From Chiloscyllium plagiosum (taxonomy: Eukaryota), in assembly GCF_004010195.1 (NCBI RefSeq), contig NC_057740.1:20046405-20110404 (forward strand): 64,000 nt of DNA. Direction: 5' to 3'. A program made the translations under genes and the position numbers. A model generated the notes under the pieces. It saw nothing but the letters and a program-made list of their open reading frames with translations. It searched no databases and was not told the origin of the DNA. This document shows positions 1 to 12,323 of the stretch, piece after piece. The stretch's first letter is position 1; each line of letters starts with the position of its first letter.

Positions 1-366
1 CAAGAAAGGAAATCCCATCATCCTAAAATTCCTGGCCAGAGTTTCGTGCTTATATCCAAATTTGGGCAACTGGTCTAATTTAAGTAGTGCTTGATATTTG
101 TTACATGTTACATGCAGGTAAGTTAGCAGGCTGTTGGGAGAGGAGGACAGCACTCACAAAGTCTCCTTGTCATAAATGTTTGGATTCAAGCAATTATCAA
201 AGTGATCAAACCAGAAAATAATAGTTGAAATGGGAAACATTGTAATCTCAATGAGGAGCATGTGTTTGTTAACTGATGAACTGAGATTAGTATAGGTTGA
301 TTTTATTGTTTCCCACAACAATTATACGAAGTATTAAGAAACTATAGAAACAGGAACCACACTCAC

Positions 367-393
367 GGGCTGAAGGAACCTCTTCATGGTAAC
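367..393 (-). CDS. M4 exon D (27-nt micro-exon)
   Basis: (G)YHEEVPSA; ag/gtgag. Confidence 0.85.
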
Positions 394-3300
394 CTGAAAA
401 ATCAAAAACGTTTCTTCTATAAAATGAGTCGGATGGACATTCATCACCAATTAGTGCAATAATATCTATTAGTTTGGGTTAAATTCCCCAAATCATTCAG
501 AAGAAAATCATTCAAATTGATAAAATGAAAGGTGTTTAAATGCTAAATACCATTCACATAGAGGCTGTTGCTATCCAGTGAATATGCTCCCAAAGTGGAA
601 ATGGCCTTTGTATTGTCCCTGATCTCATGGTACGCAGTAACTTTATTAACCTCCTGAGGATTTGAATCATTTGTGAATGTGCAGATTGTGTACACGCTGG
701 TGCTGGCAGCATTCGCTGGACTGTAAAATACAAAGTTATTAAACTACATTAAGAAATATTGTGATAAAATAAGGTTGGTGAATTGATGTTTCAGTGCTCT
801 TGTGAGCATCAGTTTATGGTATTGAGAGCTAAGTTTGAATTTGTTCCAATTAAAGTGAGTGCCAGCTGAGAATATTTCTAAATATCTCTTTGCACCTCAG
901 GATTCTGAGTTTGCACTTTGCTCTGCAGTTCCAGTTGCTGAGTATCTTTCTGTTCATAATTTGACCACCAGAAAATTAGTATCTTTGAAAGGAATTGAAT
1001 GTTTGTCCTATTATGTCCCAATATCCTGGCTGCCTACTCTCTGAGCCTTTTCGTGAGAGTGCAGGCTAATGATGTTCAATGGGTGAGACTGCAGATGGCT
1101 TTGGAGCATAGCCTTAGGCAGTGGGCTTTGAAGGCTCCATTGATGATTGTGCCCTTCAGGTATGAATGGCATATGTTTGGGAAGGCCAGGTAAAAAAGAT
1201 ACAATTGGAGAGACTATCCTCATGGGATTGCAGGATATTCATATTTCATGAAGCCACTGCCCATTTCCTGTGGCAACGTCTTTGTTGGATAGATTTCTGG
1301 ATTGTTGTGCCACTCTGCAAACCCCTTTTCCAGCGCTTGCCAAATATTTTCCAACAGTGACCCATTCTGAAGTTTGAAGATTGTTGAAATCCTCCAATAA
1401 GAGTGGTGAAAGTAGTAGGGGTTGGGGGGAGCAGTTAGACTGGTGATAACATTGGGTTAGGACAGGGGAAAGTCTGTGAGAGCAAAGCTCAATTGGAGAA
1501 GAAGGATAGATGCTAAACCTCGTTCAGAGGTTCAGCTCATGACCCCACTTGGGACTTGGGAAGCCCTGCCCTTTCCACAACATAATCTTCAATAATGTAG
1601 GACAAATACTGCTCACAGCAATCAAACCTTTTATCATTCGTAAATATATCAAAGATGATCAGACATCTACTGGTTAGAGCACTGAAACAGCAATCAGTAA
1701 TCTGATTAATGTCAAAATGATTCATCCATTTTTGTAATATTTTTTATTACTAAAATTAGTAATAAACTGGAAACAGATGTTAATTTTCTTTATTAATGTT
1801 ACTTACCTGAACGATTGAACTTCGCAACTTGAGAATGTTTTGTTGATATTACTGTTTCTAAACAGGTTGTTCAGCTGGAACAAAATGAATAGTCCAATAT
1901 TAGAAGGTAAATCCTATAATTAATAGTAACATTTATTTGTATGGATAGGTAATTTAATTGAATTGGTTAGCTTTACTGTCATGTGTACTCAAATGCGCCA
2001 CCTTAGGTACAAAGATTCCTGGATACAGTAGGTAAATTTCAGGTAAATTGCCAACTTACCTGGTAAGCAATAATATTTGAGGCAGATTTGTGCAGTGCAG
2101 AATTGGATGATATTAGATTTTCTGTTGCAGCCAGGTTAGTAATAATGAAGGTCACATTAAAATCAAAAGACTGTGGTTGCAGGTTTGGAGTTGTGGTCAC
2201 AAATGGTGCTGTTAAGAAAGATTAAGTAATCATTACGCTGAGCGCTAAAAAAACTTTGCAACTCTATCATTTCTATTCCACATTGAAGGTAAAACAAATC
2301 AAGAATTTGGACACTACATCAGAATATTTCATGCCATTGTTAGAGACCTTTGAGGCAGGATGGAGAATTTTTCACCCTTTCACAAAGAACACCTATGTGC
2401 TTGGTACAGAAGCTGTCTTAACCATTGCATTTGCAACTGATTGCTTCTCTGTGTGGAAACGTCTCTCAACTTTTCTTACTGATTTGGATTGCAGAATATT
2501 TCATTTGCCTTCTTGGTGGGTATGCAGAGAGGTAGAGGGAGAGGAGGAATCTCTAAACTGGCCTTACTAATCCACCTTGCCATAGTTTTCCAGGGGACAG
2601 GTGAGTGCCATTGGTCAGCCTATCCATCCTGGCGCCAACTGAATTCATCATTGCTTATGGCCCATTTACAGCCAAATTTCCAAGAAGACGGGAGACATTT
2701 AGGGGAATGGGGGATGTGACCCTGCTCAGGCCTTGAGTGGGAAGGATGGGGTATGTCTCCTACAACAGTTTCAACATCAAGGGCTCCCCCCCACAAGCTA
2801 TGGATGAACCTTTCTCTTGAGGCTTGAGGCATTACTCTTACATGTCCCATGAGAATGCGAACTGGAGATATCTTCAGGGTGTGGCTGTCTGTGCATACCC
2901 AATCCATGAGCCTACATTGCTCCTATGAGAAAATGAGGACTGCAGATGCTGGAGATCAGAGCCGAAAATGAGTTGCTGGAAAAGCGCAGCAGGTCAGGCA
3001 GCATCCAAGGAGCAGGAGAGGGAGAAAGTGAGGACTGCAGATGCTGGAGGAGGAAGAAGGGCTCATGAAGAAGGGCTCATGCCCAAAACGTCAATTCTCC
3101 TGCTCCTTGGATGCTGCCTGACCTGCTGCTTTCCAGCAACACATTTTCGGCTACATTGCTCCTATCACTAAGTAAGGCTCTTCAACTCCTTGCGAATTAT
3201 AACAGCCCTTTGTTTGCGTCTGTACACATTGGTTAGCAATTACAGCTGACTGGTGGCTGACACCTCTCTCCTCACATACTCATTATATATTGGTCTCTTT

Positions 3301-6300
3301 TCTCTTAATGATGTTTGATTCATGAGTTCAGTCGTACATGTGATTTACATGTATGCAATTATACCACAACACACATCTTAATCTTTTCACGAACAACACC
3401 CCCACACCCAAAATCACACTGATCCCCTGCAGGCCTTTAACCCCTCCTGCATATTTGTTTGATTCTGTTCCCTGAACTTAGACCCTGGGGATTACTTGCA
3501 TTCCTATCCTGTTCACTGTAGCTTCAGTGCTGCTAGAGAGGTGTCAGCAATCACATTGAATGCTAACTCCTTGAGATGGGACTTTCTCCTGAGTGAAAGG
3601 TAGAAGTCACGACTCCTGCCAATTAATATTTGATTGGGGAAATTAAATGGCTATAGACCAGCCACTATTGGTGCCAGTGTGTTCACCATTCATTCTTCTG
3701 GTAGCAGGCAGGCAGAGAAATCTCATCATCCCAAAATTTCTGGCTTATGTCTAAATTTGGCCAACAGTTCTAATTTCAGATACTGTTAGTTGCTTATCCT
3801 AACAGCAAGAAACAGCTATCTTGTTAGCCTGTCAAGAAATGCTTCATGTGAAGGGGAAAGGATAACACATCATTTACAGAAGTTAAGTCATAAACACTCT
3901 CAGTCCAAGAATTTAGATATACAATCCAACTGGAAAATAATGGTGAACTAGCTCTATTATGTGTGTGTATTTGACAATTTATAACTAGAATTGAATAAAG
4001 GTTTTCTATTGCAATAAAGAAAATCATGAGAGACAATAGAAACAGGGACCATACTCACGGGCTGAAGGAGCCTCTTCATGGTAACCTGAAAATCAAAATA
4101 TGTCTTCTGTAAAATGAGTCAGCTGGAAATTCATCATCACTTTGTGCAACAGGATACATTAGTTTAGTTACACTTTCCCAAATTGATCATAGAAACACAT
4201 TCAACATGAAAGAAAAGATCTTTAAATGATAAATACCATTCACATAGAGACTGTTGCTATCCAGTGAATATGCTCCCAGGGTGGAAATTCCATTTGTGTT
4301 GTCCCTGATCTCGTGGTACGCAGTAACTCTATTAACTTCCTGAGGATTGGAATCATTTCTGAATGTACAGATTGTGTATACACTGGTACTCACAGCACTT
4401 GCTGGACTGTAAAATGGAAAATGTTATTTAATTAAATAAATTAAGAAACACCATAAATTCAATTTGCCTAAGAGAATCTTCTGTGACCTTTTGGACATCA
4501 ATGTATAACATCAAAATATATGGAAGTTCTATGTGTTGGAACTAAAATGAATGCCAGCTCAGAGTTTTTGCTGAATAATTCTTTGCAACTCACTCTCAAC
4601 TTGCATTTGCTCTATTTAAGACACAGTTGCTAAGTATTCCCTAGTTGACAGATTGCCCATAAGATGCATATCTTTGAAAGGAATTGAATATTTGGCTTAT
4701 TTAGCTTCACAATCCTGGTTACCAGCTCTAAGTGCTTACTGTTGAAAGTGTAGGCTACATGTTGAGTGGAAGTGAGTACAAATGACCTTGGAAGATGACT
4801 TCAAGTATTGGGATTAGGAGGCCAACTTGCAAGCCAAGCCTTCCTGATATAGAAAGCAGAATTCTGGGTGCGCTAGCTAGAGGAGCAAGCAGCGAGGGCA
4901 CTGGTGAAATGGCTAGTCTGGGAGGGAACAGACTGTCCTCCTGAGAGTGCAACATTTTCACCCTGTTCCCTGGGTTGTTTTGGTGGGGGAGCGATCTTAT
5001 TAAGACCAGCAATGTTTTGGAACATAATTTGCTTTACCATGACACCATGCTTTATCATGCCCCGTTGCACACAAAGTCATATGGGACAAATATCGATCAA
5101 AGCCACAAACAATTTCCTTCAGCGAGTATATCAATTAGATTTGAGTACTGAGACAGCAATAAGAACCTGAGAGAATACATCATAGTTCTAACTATTTTTG
5201 CAGTATTAATTATTCTTAATAAGTTTAGAAATAGTAATGATAATAACAATAATAAGACTGAAGTAATGTCAACATTCCTTACCTGAATGATTGAACTTTG
5301 CAGCTTGAGAATGTTCTATTGATGTTGCTGTTTGTAAACACGTTGTTTAACTGAAGGAAAGGAACAGACACAGTATTGGGAAAATTCTGTATTTAATGAA
5401 ATAATATATCTGTATTCATAATTAAATTATCAACTAACCTGGAAATTAATAATATTTGAGGCAGATTTGTGTAGTGCAGAATTGGATGCTATTAGATTTG
5501 TTGTTGGTACCAAGTTAGTAACAATGAAGGTCACATTAAAATCGAAGGACTCGACTTGCGGGTTTGCAGTTGTGGTCACAACTGGTGCTGTTAAAATAAA
5601 TTGAAGAAATGTTAAACTGGGAGTAAAATGATCTTTGCAATTGTATCGTTTCTCTTCCAGAGTGAAGTTTGAATAAACCAAGAAAACAGAAATCACATCA
5701 AAATACTTTGTGGCAGGTTGGGATGGAAAAGTTTGTCTTTTTCACACAAAAAGAACTTATTGCTTTCATAAATGTGTTTGGTACAAAAGCTGCCCTAACC
5801 AAGGAATGTGTGACTGATTGCTTCTCTGTTAAGAAACATTTTTTCATTCTTACTGACTTAGATATCATAGTTTTATGTTCTTCCACCAGTAGGTGTGCAG
5901 GGCAGGTGGAGAGGGTCAAGTTCACACCTCTCCTGACTTTTCTGTAATTTTATGGTGGTGAGTGTGAGACCTCAGTCAGTCCCTGCCTCAATTGAAGTTG
6001 TTAAGGGGCAAACAAATGGATGCCCAGCTTCAATGTTTAGTCTAGCAGGAGGGGTCTAGAGCTGAAGGGAGTCGCTGAAATTGAACTTGCTCAGTGTGGG
6101 AAGTAGATGGGGATGGGTGGGAGGGTCCAGATGTAACCTTAGCCTGTCCCTTTCTTTTTTATTCATTCATGGGATGTCAGCAATGTTGGCTGGGCGAGAA
6201 TTTATTGTCCATCACTAATTTGTCCCTAAGAAAGTGGCTGTGACCTGCTTTCTTCATAGAATCGTAGGATCCTGACTGTGTGCAGAAAGAGGCCACTTGG

Positions 6301-9300
6301 CCCATCAAATCTCCAAAAAGCAACCCACCCAGACCCAGACCCCCCACCCTAAGCCTGAAACCCTGCATTTCCCATGGCTAGTCCACCTAGGCTGCACATC
6401 CCTGGACACTAAGGTCAATTTAGTATGGCGAATCTACCTAGTCTTTGGACTCTGGGACGAAATCACAGCACCCAGTGAAAACCCACACAGACAAGAAGAG
6501 AATGTGCAAACTCCACACAACCAGTCACCCAAGGTTGGAATCGATCATAGATCATAGCAGTGCTAATCACTAAGCCACCGCTGCAGTCCATTTGGTGCAG
6601 GTACACTCACAATGTCATTAGAGAGTTAGGGCTAGGATGCTGACCCAGTGATACTGAAGGAGCAATGATACAGTGTCTGGTCAGCATGATGAAGGTCTTG
6701 GAGTGGAACTTGCTAGAATGTTATTCCCATGTATCTGCTAGTCCTTCTAGAAGGTAGAGGTTATGGGGTTTGGAAGGAGCTATCAAAGATTAAACCCTAA
6801 GACTTAAACTCTGGGGGGCAGCTTGCTATATGCAGCACTTGGGGCTATGGAATTGCTGTCAATCAGATTTATTGGTAACTCTTTGTGGTTTAACTTTCTC
6901 CCAGATGAGGGGTGGAAATCTCATTTTAATTAAAACTTGTTGGAGCCTGCTAGACAGCCAGCATCAATAGCAATGCATTTCAGCTTTTCAGGTGGCAGGT
7001 ATGAAACTCAGTCTATTCAAAATCTACACATTAAGTAAAATTAACAGAAGTGTAAAAACTTATAGTTGAACTAAAAGCAGATTTTCAAGCTGAGAATTTT
7101 ACTAAAAGTTCGATTAAGAAAAGAGAAACGTTTCATTTGCAATAATAGGGTCATTTAATAATGTATCGATAAAGCTAGTAAACTAAAACCAGAATTTGTG
7201 CCACTCTCACAACTAATGAGAAATATTAATGGAACTAAGAAACAATATAAGACTTACTGGGCAAGGGAGTTGATTCATGGTAACCTGAAAAAAACAATTA
7301 CAAGTATTTGGTACAAAGTATGTTAATTGGAATCTCCGCGAAAAAAAAATGTTTAAAATTAATTGAACTGTATCTGAATAATATATTGAAATACTAATGG
7401 AAAATATAATGGAACAGAATATTCTCTTTAAATGATCAATACCATTTACGTAAAGGCTGTTATTGTCCAGTGAGTATGCTCCTAAGGTAGAGATGTTTTT
7501 TGTGTTGTTCCTGAAGACATTGTAGGCAATAACTTCATCAACCTTTTCGGATGTAGATTCATTTCTGAACGTGCAGATTGAGTACACACTGGTACTGCCA
7601 ATATTTGTTGGACTGTTGTAAAATAAAATTCAGTTAGAAGGTTTAGCAAAGAATAAAAGTTGATCTGTCAAGTTTTTTTTACAATTAACATTGTGATAGT
7701 CACTAATAATGTTTAGAATTCAAACGAATTGGAATCAACTTCTGCTCCAGCAATTGAAATACTTTCCCATTAACTCTGTTCTCAAAAATATGCCCTTCAT
7801 CACTGACTATCAGGGTGCTCCAAACTTCAAAGCTGGAAAGGAACAGCTAAAAGAAAAACTTATTTGACTAATACTTCAAATGCAATGGAGGTATGCACAA
7901 GATTCTCAGAGTGAATATTGTTTTCTGCCAAGTATAATATACAACAAGTCGAACATAATTTCAGGCATTGTTACCTTTTAACATTGAACACTGTGGCTTC
8001 ATAATTTTAATTAATCTTCAGTCTAATTTGCAATTACAGAAATGGCCACTCACCGGAAAGAAATAGTTTGGCAAGTTAAAAATGTTGCATTAATTTTGCT
8101 TTTGCCATACAGTTCGGTGAGCTGGAACAAAATCATAATCACAGTTTTAGAAGAAAAATCTCTTACAGTTAAATTATTTTATTTCAATTAAAGCATCAGT
8201 CAATGCTACACTGCCTTTTTTTCTGAGAAGTAATCGTTATTGGTATAATGCTGTAATCTTCTTATTACCTGGTGAGAAATAATATTTGAAGCAGAGTTGA
8301 ATAGTAATGAATTGGAATCTTGTAGAGGTTGTGTAAACTCTAAGTTAATGACAACAAACGTCACGTTGAATTCTATAAATTGCTCTTCTGGACTTGGAGT
8401 TTGTGTTGTTGACACTGCTGGTGTTATTGCTAACAGGAAACATAAAGAGAACAGTAATCTGAGAGTACAGTAAACATTGTCATTTTGTATTTCAGGCAAA
8501 ATAAACACAAATCCAGAAAAAGTTCCTCACAACAATGTTCCAGACAAGCAAGAACTGTTGACATGTGGACATAATATGTTTGAGCATTGCAGAACACATT
8601 TTTTTTTCTTCTACTATGTGATATACGTGGGTATAAGTGGGTACTTGATTTGGTTGAGATAGTGCAATGGTATCTTGGATGAATAATTAAGATACCTAAG
8701 CTAATACATTGGGGAGAGGTTTTCCACCACAGCAGTTTGTGGAGTATAAATTCACTGAATGAAATGTGGAACTCAAACCTGGTCTCGGTAATGGTAAACA
8801 AATTGGTGTTCCCGTCTACCTGCTGCCTTTATGCATCAAGGTGGGGGAAGATGAGGGTTCCTAATGTCCTTAAGGGAAAGAAATCAGCTGCCCTTACCTT
8901 GGCTGATCTGCTTGCACCTTGAGACCAATAGCAATATGGATGATTCTTAAATGCTTTCTGGAATGGTTTAGTAAGCACCTCTGTTCAAAGGCAATTTTTG
9001 ATTGGCAACAAATGCCAGATTCAACAGTGAGACAAATATTCCAGTCAAGAATAAAACAAAATGCTTGGATCGTCAGTTGTCTTGGACTGAATATTTTTTC
9101 CAAGTCTTTTGCCTCCAGTCTTGCAGATCTAATTACAAGCATTATTTCTGTGATTTTTTTTTTCTATTTTTCTATCCGTTCAGGGAATGTGGACTTGCTG
9201 TCTAAGCCAGCATTTATTTCCCAACCCTAATTGCCCTAGAGAACATAATAGTGAGCTGCCTTCTTGAGCCATTGCGGTCCTTGGTGAGTAGGGACAACCA

Positions 9301-10986
9301 CGGTGCAGTTTTGAAGGAGTTCCAGGATAAGCCATGAATTATGAAGCATCAGTGTTATAGTTCCCAGACAGGATGGTATGACTTGGAAGGCAACTTGCTG
9401 GTGGTCATGTTTGCATGCAGCCTTTTTCTGCTATGTGGTTGAAGTTGCGTTTTGGAAGCAGCTGTTGGAAGACCTTTCTTAAGTTAATGTAGTGCATCTT
9501 TTAGATAGTCCACACTCCTGTCATTGCACATTAGTGCTGAAGGAGTGAATGCTGAAGTTCATGGATGGGGTGCAATCAAAGGGGCTGATTTAGTTACTTT
9601 AATCTCCTGTTCAGGCATGTAATGACACATGTCTGAGACTGGTGGGAATTGAATCCAGATCTTAGCCCAGAAGTAGAGGGATTCTACCACAGTGCCTAGT
9701 GGACTGTTTTATCCCAAATGGTGTTAGGCTGTAAAAGTCCACATATGAAGGAGACTGGATGCAAGAGACACACAAACAATTGTTTGAATCTTCAAAGTAT
9801 TCTAAATTACAGAATTTAACTCAGTCATCATACAGAAAAAGAATTATTCACAAGGAATGTACGGGAATTATTGGATTTTGTTTTATCGTAGAAAAGAATT
9901 CTGCATTTTTTTACCATGAGATTAAAAAAGAAATAATAAGTGAACTAAGTAATGGGAAGTATACTTACTCGGTAAAGGAATTGATTCATGGTAGCCTATA
10001 TAAAAAAAACATATGTGAGTGAAAGATAAAATTTTATCATTAAAGAGTGGAATAAAACTTGTGCATTGTTTGAAATGAACTGAATTCAATTTGAATGCTA
10101 TATTTAAATGACAAAAATAAAATTCTATTGAACATAATATCATTATTAACTGATCAATACCATTTACGTAGAGGCTGTTATTATCCAGTGAATATATTCC
10201 GAAGGTGGAGATATTCTCTGTGTTGTCTCTGAACACATGGTACACAGTAACTTTATCAATTTCCTGAGCAGTAGAATCATTTCTAAACGTGCAGATTGCA
10301 TACACACTGGTGTTTCCAATACTTGCAAGGCTGCAGAAAAAAATGATTTGTGGAAATTAACCAAAAAGGAAGCTGTCTTGAAAATATTATTCATCATTCT
10401 AATTAACATTCAAAAGTTCACAAACTTTGGGCAATTCAATTGTCCTATGCACCATTGATTAAAATAACTTTCAATTGTCACTGTTCTCAAAGTGTCAGTC
10501 CTCTAACACAGTACTTGAGGAAGTAAGTGTCCAAAACATCCTCCAGACAAAAGGTAAACCAGCAGTTCACAGGGTAACGTCTCATACCATTTAGAAGAAC
10601 TGGTGACAATGATTAAAATGCAGCAATATAAAACAAATATGAAGCAATAGCATCAGAAAACATTCAGCCTTATGTGTAACATTCAACATTGAAAGATATA
10701 TTTGTGGGTATAATGTTGTGTCAATCCTAGCACTTTCAAACTATTTTTAAACAGTTCATCCAGTGGATGTGGGCTATGTGGACCAACATTTAATACCCAT
10801 CTCCAATTGCTCTTGAGATGATATTGGTGAACTAACATTGTTCCAAAAATTGTTAACTTGTCAATCTTTCACTTAACCATCAGAGAAATTATTTTGGTTG
10901 AACACAAAAATAACTCACCTAAATGAAGCAACTTCGCAATGTGAAAATGTTGCATTAATTTTACTCCTGTTGAACAGGGCAGTGAG
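367..10986 (-). CDS. Partial multi-exon MUC16-like SEA-repeat mucin, minus-strand segment (3 complete + 1 partial SEA modules, M1-M4; open at both ends)
   Basis: 15 exons with GT-AG ends and consistent phases; the same 4-exon SEA module as the plus-strand array; no stop codons in the exons. Confidence 0.85.
551..720 (-). CDS. M4 exon C, SEA C-terminal half
   Basis: 170 nt; PANAASTSVYTICTF...LGAYSLDSNSLYVN; ag/gt. Confidence 0.9.
1807..1874 (-). CDS. M4 exon B
   Basis: 68 nt; LNNLFRNSNINKTFSSCEVQSF; ag/gtaag. Confidence 0.9.
2060..2208 (-). CDS. M4 exon A
   Basis: 149 nt; PFVTTTPNLQPQSFDFNVTFIITNL...SASNIIAYQ; ag/gtaag. Confidence 0.9.
2927..3150. mobile_element. Penelope-derived inverted-repeat (hairpin) element
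   Basis: Inverted arms (ctggaaaagcgcagcaggtcaggcagcatccaaggagcaggag and its complement); 15-bp TSD ctacattgctcctat at 2912-2926 and 3151-3165. Confidence 0.7.
4059..4085 (-). CDS. M3 exon D
   Basis: 27 nt; (G)YHEEAPSA. Confidence 0.85.
4237..4406 (-). CDS. M3 exon C
   Basis: 170 nt; STSVYTICTFRNDS...SLYVN. Confidence 0.9.
5283..5350 (-). CDS. M3 exon B
   Basis: 68 nt; LNNVFTNSNINRTFSSCKVQSF. Confidence 0.9.
5439..5587 (-). CDS. M3 exon A
   Basis: 149 nt; PVVTTTANPQVESFDFNVTFIVTNL...SASNIINFQ. Confidence 0.9.
6290..6582 (-). mobile_element. HE1-type tRNA-derived SINE, diverged, inserted in a LINE 3' fragment (6165-6790)
   Basis: Reverse complement matches the SINE at 32788-33100 (gtgtggagtttgcacattctc). 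Confidence 0.7.
7258..7284 (-). CDS. M2 exon D
   Basis: 27 nt; (G)YHESTPLP. Confidence 0.85.
7443..7612 (-). CDS. M2 exon C
   Basis: 170 nt; PTNIGSTSVYSICTFRNES...SLYVN. Confidence 0.9.
8054..8121 (-). CDS. M2 exon B
   Basis: 68 nt; LTELYGKSKINATFLTCQTISF. Confidence 0.9.
8269..8429 (-). CDS. M2 exon A
   Basis: 161 nt; ITPAVSTTQTPSPEEQFIEFNVTFVVINL...SASNIISHQ. Confidence 0.9.
8655..9020 (+). mobile_element. tRNA-derived SINE of a second family, diverged
   Basis: Shares ctaatgtccttaagggaa..ccttacct..gcaatatggatgattcttaaatgc with copies at 26785-27115 (-) and 60425-60570. Confidence 0.5.
9190..9590 (-). mobile_element. LINE 3' fragment (CR1 group), diverged
   Basis: Similar to 6165-6790 and, in the opposite orientation, 43750-44110. 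Confidence 0.5.
9969..9995 (-). CDS. M1 exon D
   Basis: 27 nt; (G)YHESIPLP. Confidence 0.85.
10161..10330 (-). CDS. M1 exon C
   Basis: 170 nt; LASIGNTSVYAICTFRNDS...SLYVN. Confidence 0.9.
10919..10986 (-). CDS. M1 exon B (its exon A is not visible before the gap)
   Basis: 68 nt; LTALFNRSKINATFSHCEVASF. Confidence 0.9.
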
Positions 10987-11009
10987 CTGAAATAAAGACA
11001 TAAACAAAC

Positions 11010-11509
11010 NNNNNNNNNNNNNNNNNNNNNNNNNNNNNNNNNNNNNNNNNNNNNNNNNNNNNNNNNNNNNNNNNNNNNNNNNNNNNNNNNNNNNNNNNNN
11101 NNNNNNNNNNNNNNNNNNNNNNNNNNNNNNNNNNNNNNNNNNNNNNNNNNNNNNNNNNNNNNNNNNNNNNNNNNNNNNNNNNNNNNNNNNNNNNNNNNNN
11201 NNNNNNNNNNNNNNNNNNNNNNNNNNNNNNNNNNNNNNNNNNNNNNNNNNNNNNNNNNNNNNNNNNNNNNNNNNNNNNNNNNNNNNNNNNNNNNNNNNNN
11301 NNNNNNNNNNNNNNNNNNNNNNNNNNNNNNNNNNNNNNNNNNNNNNNNNNNNNNNNNNNNNNNNNNNNNNNNNNNNNNNNNNNNNNNNNNNNNNNNNNNN
11401 NNNNNNNNNNNNNNNNNNNNNNNNNNNNNNNNNNNNNNNNNNNNNNNNNNNNNNNNNNNNNNNNNNNNNNNNNNNNNNNNNNNNNNNNNNNNNNNNNNNN
11501 NNNNNNNNN
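11010..11509. other. Assembly gap (500 N)
   Basis: Run of exactly 500 N, typical of a fixed-size scaffolding gap. Confidence 0.99.
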
Positions 11510-12296
11510 GAGCTCAAAATAGCATTTGTGGAGATTGTGGGATTAAGCCTAGATTCTCTGTATTGTGTAATAATCAGATAATATGTCAGCAACATAAATT
11601 CCTTTTACATTGGATTGTACCATCTATTGCATCCCAAACTGAATCATAATTCTGGAATAGAGTTTAGAAATTTTTTGAAGTCTTTCAAACTTACTCTATT
11701 TCTTTGTCCCCTTGAAAGAACGAAATAAGGCAAAAGAGACTATTGTGAAAAATGTATTAAATTCACAGTCAGTTCCTCTTTGAGTTTGGCACTATCTTTT
11801 AACAGCTGCAAACTCAAAATACATGAAGATATTTACATGTTACACTCAGTCCTCAATTTGTTTGGAATGTGCTGTAATGTTTAGAGCAATATCTTCCAAC
11901 AACTATAATATTACGTATGGCACATCACACAGGAGATTGCAGAAAACTTAACAGGTTAAGAATTACATATCAACAACATGCCAGTTAAATGTTTGGCTCA
12001 TTTGACTTTTGTTAATGTAATGTGGTACTTCAATTTAATTGTGGTCCCAATGTTGCACAAAGTACAGGGTAAAAACAAGGACTGCACAAATTACTGTTTT
12101 CACAAAAACGTCAGAAAAGTCCTCACTTGATGCTATTTACATTGTCTGTTCTCACATTCATCTGCAAGGTCTTCTCGGAGACTGGGCATTGATCAGATTG
12201 GCTGCTATTAACATCTTATGCCATTTCTTGCACATTTATTTATTGAGACACATTGTGATAATCTTGTCTGACAACATGATGTTCTTTTTGTTCTAG

Positions 12297-12323
12297 ATTA
12301 CCATGAGGCACATCTTCTAACCA
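12297..12323 (+). CDS. P0 exon D (rest of module lost in the gap)
   Basis: 27 nt; (D)YHEAHLLT; ag/gtgag. Confidence 0.85.

Larger units (their letters stand above)
1..5880 (-). repeat. Tandem duplication of modules M3/M4 (~3.4-3.7-kb period)
   Basis: Exons and flanking intron sequence align, e.g. 340-480 with 4035-4180 and 2380-2500 with 5740-5860. Confidence 0.8.

Noticed and set aside
1030-1700. Higher-GC insertion with several short ORFs in the M4 B-C intron
   Set aside because: No recognisable protein motif or splice-compatible exon; probably a decayed mobile element that I cannot classify.
10915-11595. 226-aa ORF on the minus strand
   Set aside because: Artefact of translating through the 500-N gap; only the 68-nt exon at 10919-10986 is real.
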